From Nemertoderma westbladi (lineage: Eukaryota > Animalia > Xenacoelomorpha): 38,166 bases of DNA. The notes below the pieces were generated by a model that saw only the letters and a list, made by a program, of their open reading frames with translations, was not told the origin of the DNA and did no database searches. Shown one piece after another: positions 12,444-23,731 of the stretch; within the stretch, counting starts at the first letter, position 1; each line of letters begins with the position of its first letter. The position numbers and the translations under genes are program-made. The stretch is from positions 1 through 38,166 of the forward strand of contig JAUCBJ010005446.1 of assembly GCA_032718475.1 (NCBI GenBank), given 5' to 3'.

Positions 12444-12756
12444 ACTTAAACATTTAGAAGAGAATGATGAAAATAAAGAAGAGATATTGAGACAAATATT
12501 AGGAAACAAAAATCAAATGCGGAAATTTATTAAACAAATGGAAGAAAATGAGGAAAATAGGGAAGAGATATTAAGACAGGTTCTGGGAAATAAAAGTAAA
12601 TTACTGAAAATTAATGAACAATTGAATAAAATTAAGAAACAGTTGGGTAATGAGGAAGATGAAAGTAAAGTAAATCAACCAGCTTTTACTAATTTTCAAA
12701 GACCTATGATAAAAAACTCTCGTTCAGTATATGCCCGCGCAGGACGACGCTATTGA
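12433..12756 (+). CDS. Orphan coiled-coil ORF with internal peptide duplication (start uncertain)
   Basis: EENDENKEEILRQILGNK and EENEENREEILRQVLGNK repeat in frame; located between two RTE pieces. Confidence 0.35.
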   Translation: MAISLKHLEENDENKEEILRQILGNKNQMRKFIKQMEENEENREEILRQVLGNKSKLLKINEQLNKIKKQLGNEEDESKVNQPAFTNFQRPMIKNSRSVYARAGRRY

Positions 12757-12783
12757 CATTTGTTTGTTTGAGTTCCTTTCATA

Positions 12784-12893
12784 ATAGTATTAGGGCTATT
12801 TATCCAAAACAATTATATTAGTATTAGGACTATTTATCCATAACAATTATATTAGTATTAGGACTATTTATCCATAATAATTATATTAGTATT
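12784..12893. repeat. 34-bp tandem repeat, ~3 copies
   Basis: TAGTATTAGGACTATTTATCCATAACAATTATAT repeated with few substitutions. Confidence 0.8.
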
Positions 12894-13143
12894 ATAAATG
12901 TATTTACCCCACAATATTTATTATTATTAGGTCTATTTATTCAAGAAATTATATGTTTTTATCATATACTTTGCAAAAATTGGTCGACTAAGTCATAATT
13001 TTTAAAATTTAAATAAGGGTTGAGTTATTTTATAAAGTTAAGAAGAGTGAATCAATGGAGGCAACCTGAAGTCTAATCTCTTGGCCTTTACTCATAAGAC
13101 CGCACATTAACTTCCAAGGTTGCATACTCAATAATGAAGGAAG

Positions 13144-14810
13144 CCTCAATAATGACAGGGTATTGCCTGATAACTTTATAGAAGTAAAAGTGTCTGAGTC
13201 TGTACTCCCAGATATTCCCATTGGTGATATCTCCTTTGCAGAAGTGAAGGCTGCTGCAAAGAGCATTAAGACCAATCAATCGTGCCAGTGGAATAGATGG
13301 TGTTCCCCCTGAGGTCTTTAAAATACCTGAGTGTTTAAAGCTCATCTATCCTATCATAGTAGACATGTACCGAACAACAAGAGTCCCGCAAGAAATGAAA
13401 ACAAATAAGTTGGTGCCAGTTCCCAAGAAGGGCAACCTAACCCTCTATGGTTCTTTTCGGGGAATCTCATTGATCTCGATTGCTGCAAAGCTATACAATT
13501 GAATTCTATTAAATCTCATCAGGGATTCCATTGAGAGACTGCTCCTTGGAAATCAGAATGGGTTCCGTAAAGGTCGTGGGACCATGGAGCCCATTTTGGC
13601 ACTTAGAAGGATAATTGAAGAGTTATCAAAAAAGAAAGACAGGCATCTGGCTATTATATTTGTTGACTTCTTCAAGGCCTTTGATTCAGTCTCTCGCTCA
13701 CGTATGTTCAGCATACTTTCATTATATGGGATTCCTGATGAAATTATTGCAGCAATCAGATCAGTACACGATGGTTCGACAACATTTGTGTCTACTGTTG
13801 ACGGTGACATAGAACCATTTGAAGTGTTATGGGGCGTCTTCCAGGGAGACACACTTGCACCATTATTGTTCATAATTGTGGTTGACTATGTTCTACGCAT
13901 GTCATTAGATCATCATAATGATGATTGGGTGATGATAACTCCACCTACTGGCTCCAGAAGTCGAGGAAATCCTGCCAAGTACCAAACTGATCTAGACTTT
14001 GCTGATGACTTAGGAGTACTCTCAGAATCACTAGAGGGAGCCCAACGGCTCCTCAGCTCATTAGAACATGCTGCTTCTAGTGTTGGTCTTTTTATTAACT
14101 CCAGAAAGACCAAAATTTTGACAGTTGACTTTGAAAGTCCTCAGCATGTCTCAGATCGGATGAGCATAAGCTCAAAGGACGGTATGCTTGAGCATGTAGA
14201 CAACTTCTGTTACCTGGGATAAAGGATCCGGAAGTCAGATGAGGACCTTCGAATACGTAAGGGAAGGGCATGGGCAGCCTTGAATAGGCTTTCCAGGATT
14301 TGGAAGTCACCGAGAAATAATCGGAAACTTAAGGTCCGATTATTTAGAGCAGCGGTAGTTGCAGTACTCCTCTATGGGAGTCCATGCTGGGCTCTAACTG
14401 CTGATCAGCTGATGACACAAAATCTCTGGATGGCACATTCACAAGAATGCTACGCCGGGTTCATTGGGTCATGTACAATTCACACATCTCCAACCAGACA
14501 CTATATAACATTGGAGGTGTCTCATTGATTCCCCCAAGCTTGACACTAGAACAAAATCGCCTCCGCTTTGCAGGTCATTGCTTTCGCCGTGATGACCAGC
14601 CAGTGCATAATCTTGTACTTTGGCAGCCTCATGGAGTGAATAAGCATGGTGGACAGGCCATGACTTTCTTGAGACGCATCTTAAAAGACACTGGCCTTGA
14701 AGATGCGGATGATCTAGCAAATGTCATGGCGGCGCAATTTTGTCGACAAGCCGGCACAGCATTCTTAAAAATGCAGCTACAATGCAGCATGCCGATCCTA
14801 GTAGCATTAT
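13144..14810 (+). mobile_element. 5'-truncated, disrupted RTE-clade non-LTR retrotransposon (reverse transcriptase pseudogene)
   Basis: Motifs VPVPKKGNL..FRGISLISIAAKLYN, QNGFRKGRGT, FVDFFKAFDSV, GVFQGDTLAPLLF, DLDFADDLG, FCYLG, LLYGS, RLRFAGHCFR. An in-frame stop near 13500 and downstream frameshifts disrupt it. Confidence 0.93.
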
Positions 14811-16723
14811 ACACACCTATTTCGTTCTTTTGGGTTCTTTTGGGTGTTTTTTGGGTTCTATTGGGTTCTTTTAGGTGGTTCTATTGGGTTCTTGTAGGTG
14901 GTTCTATTGGGTTCTTTGGGGTATTTTTTGGTTCTTTTGGGAGTTTAGTAGGACCGTAGAAATTTTACTAATTTACCATTCTCATTTTAATTATTAATTC
15001 GCACATTTGTAACTTTTCAGGGTCGATATCGAATGACTTCTGTTGCAAAAACAAAGGGCGGCATTTAATTTGTGAGAATGGAATTTGCACAAAACCCATG
15101 GAAGAGTATTAGAAAAAACAAAGTTATAAATAATTTAATAACTTTACGACCGGCCATAACTAGTGGATAACTTTATTTACGTGGCACTCAACAGTGGTAG
15201 ATGTTGTGTTAATTATTGTATAATATGGTTTAATATACAATGTCAAAAAATTTAGCTGGAAATAAGTTGCGATAAATATATGACATTTTTAATGACTTTA
15301 ATGACATTTAATATTTCTTTAAATGTCATTTTTAATGTTATTTTGTGAGATAGTTAACTGTAATTTCTGCCGCGAGTTAACATTATTTGGGTTGGCAGTT
15401 TTGGTTCATTGTATATTCCAACTAATTAACTACAAGTCATACTTCAACCTTAAATAATATAGACTTTATTTTATACCTTATTGTATTGAAAGAGTACCGG
15501 TAGAGTTGCACAAAATTGAGCTTTTATGTATTAGACAGACAGACCTGACAACCGTTCCGATATACACAGAAAATAGTTGCAATAATGATCTGGTCTGATC
15601 TGATTATTTTCTTAATAATATAATTCGAGCTTCTTCGGTGTGTTATTGATAAATAGCTTTCAGCCGATAAAAACAAAAACATGCGTCTTTTGAACTCATC
15701 AACTTACTCAACGAAATTCAGATGTCTTTACAGATCATGGCATCTCGCATCAATCTATCAATCTCACCATGTTGGACTGGTTCGATAGTGAATAAGTCTC
15801 GAAGACACCGCAATGCAAGCCCGACAGATAGTAGGCTGACCTACAGTATAACTCATTGGCTTTATCTTTTATTGATCAAAGATATTACCATATAGAAATT
15901 GCTCGCTAATTGGCAGATTATAAAATCGATAACTTTCATTAGTAAAGACCAAAATCGAATTTTACTTATATTTTAAGTCATTAGAATGATAACTAGAACC
16001 TCATAAGACGAAACTGTAGAATTATTATTACGCAGGTACGGTAAATGTGAACAATACATTAAGTACACAATATATTAATCAGCAGCATCATTGTATTATT
16101 ACTATTTAATCAACTACGCGTAATAGGGAAAAACTATTATTCGTATTCCATAATATTATTTTTTCCCTTTACTGTATTTATAATTAAATTTGTCAACAGC
16201 AGTAGGCCTATAAATTACTAACTATTTATTTACTACTTTGAAAATAAATGAGCTTTATTTCCCTACGAACCCGAGATGTATAATTCACGAGCGGCACCGA
16301 GTGAAATAAACATCAAGGGGGTTGTAAGGGAAATATATCTGTTGGTTTTTCAAGTAATACGTTTTAACTTCTTAATTTTGACTTTCATCTCTTGAATTGA
16401 GGTTCAGTGTGCCGCATTTGATTCTTCCACATCGTCCGATGTTAAGAGTTTTGTGTAGCTGCATTCCCGCCGCATTCCCGCCGCATTCCCGCCGCGTTTC
16501 CGTAGTTGTGTTTGAACACAACCGGTACACAGTAATATGGCTATCCCAGCTTTATCTAGGTTCTCGAATCCTTAATCCCGCGAAATACCGATAAAGTAAA
16601 TCACTTGCATTTCTAGGTTAGGCATAAATCTCGGACCCGGATATAACTTATTTTTAAAGTTGATAGAGAGCGGGGTATAGAAAGGCAATTTTGAAAAGAA
16701 ACATTAATTTACGTGACTTTAGA

Positions 16724-17106
16724 ATGGGCAATTATATAACCAAACACAAAAAAAATAGGAACAGTTTGCAGAAAGGCAAATGTCATCTATTGGACACATC
16801 AGAAAATCTCGAGACCCCAAGTGAATTTAAATTTAGCGATGGTGAAACACAACGCAGCAGTGCTATAAGAGATCGAAGTCCGAACGCAGTTGGATGTCAA
16901 GGTGATGCTTGTAACGAATCTCAAACGAAATCTGGAAGTCATAAATGGAATAAAGAAACCATATGGAGTGCCGAGTTTCACCAATCAGCAATGAACCCAG
17001 AATCATTCAGAGAACATGGGAAACATATGGTAGATTACATCGCCGATTATGTGAACAATCTCAGAAACAAAAAGGTTTTAAGTACAGTTCAACCGGGTTA
17101 TCTAAG
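16724..17106 (+). CDS. Ddc: AADC/DOPA decarboxylase-like, exon 1 (conserved start MNPESFREHGK at 16991; in-frame upstream ATG at 16724)
   Basis: MNPESFREHGKHMVDYIADYVNNLRNKKVLSTVQPGYLR; GT donor at 17107. Confidence 0.85.
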
Positions 17107-17251
17107 GTACGTATCTATCTAATACATCCTACTATCTACATGGGAGTTCATTTTACCAGCACACACGTGATATTATATTCATTTCTTATGCCGGCATAGC
17201 GTATGACACACAGAGAAGTCAGACTTTCATGTAAAGTATTTGTGTTCTCAG

Positions 17252-17450
17252 GAAAGAACTTCCGCAAGCGGCGCCTTCCGAACCCGATACACTGACCTGT
17301 CTATTGGATGACATTGACCGCATTATCACCCCAGGAATCACCCAATGGCATCACCCTCATTTTTTCGCATTTTACCCGGCTGCCATGTCGTTCCCAGCCG
17401 TTCTCGCTGATATGCTTATAGGCAGTATCGGATGCATTGGTTTCTCATGG
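17252..17450 (+). CDS. Ddc: Ddc-like exon 2
   Basis: ELPQAAPSEPD...IITPGITQWHHPHFFAFYPAAMSFPAVLADMLIGSIGCIGFSW; AG/GT borders, phase-consistent. Confidence 0.93.
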
Positions 17451-17623
17451 GTTAGTGGAGCGGATGTTGGCACAGAATTGTTTAATTGTTATTGTCGGCT
17501 ATATTGAAAATATTTATTATTATTAACAATTTAACACGTACAGAATTGACCATTAAATCCTTTATTTGTGACTCAAAGTATTTCGATTCAACCAACGAAC
17601 GTGTGTTTTTGTCTCTTATATAG

Positions 17624-17851
17624 ATCGCAAGTCCCGCCTGTACGGAAATGGAAATGGTTATGTTTGATTGGCTGGCGATGGCACTTGGTCTACCCAATCA
17701 CTTTATATCCAGCCAATCGGAGGGGGGAGGCTGTATACAAGGCGCAGTTAGCGAATCAACGTTTCTCTTGATGTTGGCAGCCAAAAAGAAAACACTTAAC
17801 GCTCGGAGGGGTATATCAGCTGATCGCCTTGTTGCTTACTGTTCCGATCAG
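17624..17851 (+). CDS. Ddc: Ddc-like exon 3
   Basis: IASPACTEMEMVMFDWL...GGGCIQGAVSESTF...LVAYCSDQ; AG/GT borders. Confidence 0.93.
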
Positions 17852-18504
17852 GTAAAATTAAACAACAATTCCCGTAGTCTTTTAGTATATAATACCATTA
17901 AAATGAAGTAATGTTTTTGCTAAAAGAGAAATAAAAACTGAAACTTTCATATGAAACCAGATAACTATTTTGTTAGGCTTGTGAAACTATATAAAATTTA
18001 CAACTGGCGTTATTTATCCTACTAAAAGCAAACGTTGTGCGTTTTTGAAACCCTCACAATTTGGACCCATTTTTAAAAATAATATTTTTTGTATGGGTCG
18101 GAATTGTCCTCTTTCCCTACTTTTCAATTTTTTCTGCCTTTCTTCATCGCCTTTTAGTAGTTAGAAAAGCCATCTTAATTTCCTCAATTGGTTATAATAT
18201 GTTTATTAAATAAAATATAATTAAAAAATACGTCAGTTTAAGTAAATATTATTATTATATGAATAAATATTAAGACTAGAGTTATACTGTAGGTAGGACG
18301 TCATTAACTTCAGCAGTAATTTACTATACTTGATAAAATTACAGTTCTCATTCTATTAAAATCCTCGTAAACCCTTGGATTATAAAACGCCTCCCACTGT
18401 AGTCTTATAAAGTCCTAGATTATAAATCTTTTTTTATAAGTATATTGTAAATTATCTTAACATAATTGTGATCAAATAATTAATACTTGACCTTTTTTAT
18501 CTAG

Positions 18505-18648
18505 GCTCATTCTATGATGGCAAAGAATGCGATGTTGGCAGACGTTAAGATTCGTATACTGCCCAGCGATGCAGGATTCTCTTTGCGTGGAATTACATTA
18601 GAAACAGCTATGGGTGAAGATACCAAGAATGGCTTAATACCGTTCTTT
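18505..18648 (+). CDS. Ddc: Ddc-like exon 4
   Basis: AHSMMAKNAMLADVKIRILPSDAGFSLRGITLETAMGEDTKNGLIPFF (His192 equivalent); not in the ORF track, translated by hand. Confidence 0.92.
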
Positions 18649-19636
18649 GTGAGTTAGGTAGAAACTAGAAACGCTGCGAGAGCAGCGTGAAACGAACACC
18701 CCCCCCCCCCCCCCCCCTTCCCACCAACCAATACAAAACCGCGACATCTCATCCACCACCCACGGAAGGGTAGCACGAACTTAGTTCCCATCGCACGTTC
18801 AATATGCGAAGACAGGCGGTTTATAGGAGTAAATAGTCAACACAGTACTCGTCTTCATTATAAGCCTCGTTGCGCTCGTCCTATTCTGTGTTTAAATATA
18901 TTTTTCCTAAACGCAGACTATTTATGACGCGACTTTTATCTATAATCGCGACCTTTATAACTATGCGACGTTTCGAAACTGTGTGAGTAACTGCTGATTT
19001 ATGGCAGATGGATATATATGTACATGAGACAAAAAGTTTTGACGAAAAACTCACCCAGCCCCGCCTATAATACAGGCAGGTTCGTTATTAGCAGAGACAA
19101 ATAAAATTGTATTTGTTCCTGTAGATTTAAAAACAGAACATCTTTGTAGATTTACAAAGTGTAGGCCTACTCTAGTCAAAGTACTTAGGTTCTTAGTTAA
19201 TTTCCGTTATTGGTACCACAATTGCTTGATAAAAACAGCAATGTACAGTAATGGTTTTGAAATATTGCAATAATTTTGTTTTTGGGGCATCCTTATCCCC
19301 TTTATATTAAATTAAATTGTTCCTGTATATTTTGACATAAATAAAAAACGCTTATACAGTACCAAGTCCCAATATATAGTTAGTAGCTATTTTACAGCTA
19401 TGGAAACTCACATTAATCTTACAATGTTACAAAGAAAAGTCAGTTATTTCTCCACAAAATTCTAATGTCTTTACAAGTGTTAGGAGACGCCGCATCACCA
19501 CTTATCCACACAGTAAGTGCACCATTGCACGAATAGTAGGCCTAGGTCCATTAATAGTTTGTAGGCTCGACTGAATGATGCATTTTTCAAAAAGGTGTAA
19601 GAAGGATTACTTTGTTAATTATTCATTATGTTGCAG

Positions 19637-19748
19637 GTATGCGCAACCCTGGGAACTACAAACTCCTGTGCATTCGATAACTTAGTGGAACTTGGTGACG
19701 TCACAGAAGCCCATGACGTATGGCTACACGTTGATGCAGCCTATGCAG
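19637..19748 (+). CDS. Ddc: Ddc-like exon 5
   Basis: [37 protein letters not shown](G); AG/GT borders. Confidence 0.93.
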
Positions 19749-20734
19749 GTGGGTAACCACGAACGTGATTATTATAATTAACTCAAATTGGTAAGAAATC
19801 ATGAATAAAAACAAATTAATTATATTCCACAAAATTGCCATTTTGAACTGAAATTTCAGGAATAAAGTTTGGACTGCAAAACTATGCAAATATTGCAACT
19901 AGTGAAAAAAAATTGCCAACCTATTTTCATAAAAAAAACCTTTACATAAATACATTGGAATATAATCATAAATCGATCAATCAGGGCTAGTGGCCTGAAT
20001 CTCTGTTGTTTATCACGTAACCATCATCAATACGTTCAACTAGTACAGTAACAAACTAAATAATTACTAGAATAATAACTAAACTAACAATAACTAAATA
20101 AAAATCGTGTTTTATTGCACTGCCATGGTTAGTAATAATTAGTTTCCCGCATTAATCCCATCACCAAGGAAATGAAATTGTAGTCAAATTCAAATGTCAA
20201 TATTTTATTAATTGCCCTCACCTATCAAATTTTCTTGAATATGTCTTGAAGTAAAAAGTTTTAACTTTGCAGTCGGTTGGTTACCTTGGCAATTACAATA
20301 TTATTATTATTATTGTTTATTACTATGCCAGTATCATTAAACACTCGAGGCAGATATAAATAAAATGCAAAGTAAATCGCTCCAAATAAAATACAAGTCA
20401 TAAATTAAAATCGCTACATATAAATCAATATGTATTTCACCACCAGATGTCCCTACTGGTTGAAGAACTGAAAGATTCTTTTCCGTATAGGATATGTTAC
20501 TGGCAAAGCAATTCCGAAGGAAGTTTATTTTAATCTTATCTGATACGGCGAGAGCGGCATGCAGTACTCGGTATTTAAGGCTACGGAGATGGAACTTCGA
20601 AAGTATTAAAGACCTAATATTTGGAAGCGGAAATGTGAACGTACTCCTGTTATAAGTTCTTTTAGGTGAACTCCCGCCATAGTATATCTGGGATCGTTCC
20701 CTTGCGAAAGTGTGTTAAAGATAAGACAGAGAGG

Positions 20735-21001
20735 TTTAATATGATACGTTCGTGGGGCGTCGCGCAGCACGCGAATTTGAGCAAGTTCGAAACAAGTTCG
20801 ATTTGATCTGGAGTCAAACGTTCGAGAGGTATTTGCCCGTAAATTTTAAAAATATAGAAATAATTTTTCTAGTATGCCCATACAATATGGTTAAAATCTT
20901 CAAAAGTTATTTACGAATGAATTTTTCATTACAGACGGACAGACAAACGGACATGAAATTTTGCCCTATTTACTAATTATAATTGTGCGCTAAGGCTCGC
21001 C
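20735..21001 (+). mobile_element. Possible non-autonomous Helitron/Helentron-type element in Ddc intron 5
   Basis: ACAGACGGACAGACAAACGGAC microsatellite near the 3' end followed by GC-rich GCGCTAAGGCTCGCC, resembling DINE-1/Lep1-type layouts. Boundaries are approximate. Confidence 0.35.
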
Positions 21002-21798
21002 ATGACGGCGTGGCTCGCCCCACATGTTATAACCCTGGGAATACACCCGATACAATCACTGTAAAGTGCCGACGAGACAGGAGGAGTGTTAAGCTACCCA
21101 GAAACTCATGATCCAACATGTAGGAGCCCCCTCAATGTTTTCCAATAAAAAGCATCAAGTTCCAGAGTCAGAGTCTCGGTCGAGGTTAGACCTCCAAACA
21201 CGAATCTGAGCTTAGAGGTAATAGAGGGAATGGCAATCATATACCACAAAAGTGTTAGTGTTTCCACATTCAACCCCTTCATCGTTCAACCTTTCCTGTT
21301 GAAGGTCTCAAAGACTATTGTAATTACTTTTATACACTCCCGCATCATATTAAGATTAACCTTAACGCCCAAAAATGGAATGCAGTTGTTTGAGCTCACG
21401 AGTGTGCCCTTTATATTTATGAAACTAGCAATTGCTCCATCTGTGCGACCGTGGCCTAAATTGTAGTCAAATTCATATGTCAATATTTTGTTAATTGCCG
21501 CTAATCACTTATCAAATCTTCTTGAATATGTCTTGAAGTGCAAAGTTTGAACTTTGCAGCCGGTTGGTTACCTTGGTTACCTGTTACCTTTACAATTACA
21601 ATATAAATATTCCAGAAACAAAATTTAATACATTTCTCTGAACCTTACCCATCATCACTAAATTACCTTATAAGAAATTCTTAAATATTAATGAAAGAGT
21701 TTTGCTGTGTTTTTTAGTGTGCTGACTAAATTTACAAGCTTTAATTATTGTATTTATTATGTGTCCGGAGTAACAGATTTGGATTTTTTTTTTCATAG

Positions 21799-21916
21799 GA
21801 AGCGCTTTTATATGTCCGGAATATCGATATTTGATGGAGGGAATAGAGAAAGCTCATTCGTATTGTTTCAACCCCCATAAATGGCTGCTCGTCAACTTTG
21901 ACTGCTCCGCAATGTG
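21799..21916 (+). CDS. Ddc: Ddc-like exon 6 (PLP-binding lysine)
   Basis: [40 protein letters not shown], containing the NPHK motif. Confidence 0.95.
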
Positions 21917-22033
21917 GTATGTGTTTTAGAGTTTTATAATATGTTATACAATAATAGGAGTTATATAAATTATTAGAGAAGTAATTTATAGATTGATACT
22001 TACTATATTTTATTACGATTCCGCTCGGGTTAG

Positions 22034-22223
22034 GATCAGGAGGAAACGTGATTTAGAGTCGGCGTTTGTGGTTTCTCCGCTCTATCTGCAACACCCTCAA
22101 CAAAATGACGTCACTGATTACAGGCACTGGCAGATACCACTGGGTAGGAGATTCCGATCTCTCAAGATATGGTTCGTACTCCGGATGTTTGGTATAAAGG
22201 GACTACAGGAATATATTCGGAGG
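22034..22223 (+). CDS. Ddc: Ddc-like exon 7
   Basis: SPLYLQH...DYRHWQIPLGRRFRSLKIWFVLRMFGIKGLQEYIRR; catalytic-loop Tyr and the DDC-type Gly in LGRRFR. Confidence 0.94.
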
Positions 22224-22396
22224 GTGAGTCTCAGCTACTTGATATTTGTTCTATTTATTTATGTGAAATTAGTAGCAATATACTGACTTTGGGGGCCTAT
22301 TTTTATTGAATGAATCACTATGGCAAACATTAGAGACTTACACCCCACAAACAACAAAAAAATATACAGATTAGGACAGTACTAAGCCACTAGTGA

Positions 22397-22876
22397 CATC
22401 AAAAACAAACGAACACAAAATAAACAAAGAACCAAACCAAATTTTTACGGCAACAAAACTGTCATATATTTTCTTATCAGATGTTGACAACTACGACTTT
22501 AGAGGGATTGTAATATTCATATTAAAACAATAAAATAGGACATGGGGTCTATTCCCTCAGATACTACCTAGCATTTAGGGCCACTTGGGCCACTGTTAGT
22601 ACTCAGGCACTAGGCCCATCAAAAAACACAAAACAAAATACCAAATCGATTTTAGTGCTACATAAACCCAACCCAACTACCACAAGAAAAATTTGCAAAA
22701 ATTTGAAAATATATTTTCTTATAGAATATAGGGTAAGCTTGTAGTGTAGTTACTATAGGTATCATTTAGTGTATAGACAGGTAGGTTTAGAGTAAGGTTA
22801 TCAAACACAACGGTGTTGAGCATTTGATTATGTTTGGTTTTTTGTTTATTTTGTGTTTGTTTGTTTTTGATGGGCC
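22397..22876. repeat. MITE-like inverted repeats in Ddc intron 7
   Basis: CATCAAAAACAAACGAACACAAAATAAACAAAGAACCAAAC (~22397-22437) and GGCCCATCAAAAAACAC (~22613) are inverted relative to GTTTGGTTTTTTGTTTATTTTGTGTTTGTTTGTTTTTGATGGGCC (~22832-22876). Confidence 0.6.
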
Positions 22877-22918
22877 ATGCGTCCCCTCACTGAAACTCAT
22901 TAACACTTGTTTGTGCAG

Positions 22919-23118
22919 CATATTTCCTTGGCTCAACTATTTGAGGAACTATTACAAGAAGACGACAGGTTTGAAATCGTGGCTCCTGTAGTTCTGGGTT
23001 TGGTGTGTTTCCGCCTTAAAGGCTCCAATCAAACAAATCAGTTGCTACTGGAAACCATCAACAAGGATTCCAGGATATACATAGTTCCCGCCCAACTAAA
23101 CCAATTATATATACTAAG
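22919..23118 (+). CDS. Ddc: Ddc-like exon 8
   Basis: HISLAQLFEELLQEDDRFEIVAPVVLGLVCFRLKGSNQTNQLLLETINKDSRIYIVPAQLNQLYILR. Confidence 0.93.
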
Positions 23119-23289
23119 GTGGGCAATTAATAATGGCAACAAGTTTCTATTCAAACTTAAACAATTATAAGTTACCAGAAGACGTTTGGAAAAATTAATG
23201 TCAATCCTTAAAATACTACGCCTCATATAACATGCTCAATAAGCGTAAAGCAAAAGCAATTAAATTTAGTTACAACATTTATATTTTAG

Positions 23290-23386
23290 GTTCGCTATTT
23301 GCAGTTATTGGACGACACGAAATGATGTCGTATTCGGTTGGAAGGTGATTCAGGAGTTAGCTACAGAAATACTGAAACTCGACTAA
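23290..23386 (+). CDS. Ddc: Ddc-like exon 9 (terminal)
   Basis: FAICSYWTTRNDVVFGWKVIQELATEILKLD-TAA. The spliced total from 16991 is 1404 nt (467 aa), with no frameshifts. Confidence 0.92.
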
Positions 23387-23731
23387 CAATATTTAGAGAA
23401 CAATAGCTTTAGTGAAGGGATATATAATTATAAAATATATCATATGACAAATATAATTATTATATAACTTATTCATATCTGAAATAGTGTTGCCACGGGA
23501 TCCCGATCCCGAAAATCGGAATCCCGATGGAAAAATATCGGGATTTACTAGCTATATCTGAATTTATATGCCATACAGCTAAAAATTTGTAAAATTATAT
23601 AAAAATGTACAATTTTTGCCAATAACAAAATTTTTGTCGAAAACGAAAATTTTTGTCGAAAAGATAAATAATGAATAATAAAGAAAAGGTAAAGGTAACA
23701 GGACATTGTTTTCGTCGTGAGGACTAGCCTG

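Larger units (their letters stand above)
4149..14956. mobile_element. TIR-bounded composite element (Foldback/Mutator-like) with 9-bp TSD
   Basis: Left end GGGTCCTAAATAAACTCCCAAAAGAACC... (4149) is the inverted counterpart of the right end ...GGTTCTTTTGGGAGTTTAGTAGGACCG (14956). Both ends are built from CAAAAGAACC-type modules. TAGAAATTT flanks both sides (4140-4148, 14957-14965). Confidence 0.7.

Noticed and set aside
14002-14008. CTGATGA hammerhead-like words here and near 13735 and 14409
   Set aside because: They lie within RT coding sequence (e.g. the FADD motif) and lack stem II, GAAA and stem I pairing.
13584-14222. Active or domesticated reverse transcriptase, or a retron-like system
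   Set aside because: Upstream stop codon, downstream frameshifts and multiple decayed sibling fragments indicate an ordinary dead RTE LINE.
21230-21483. Short ORFs in Ddc intron 5, possibly a LINE endonuclease remnant
   Set aside because: No convincing conserved motif could be read by eye.
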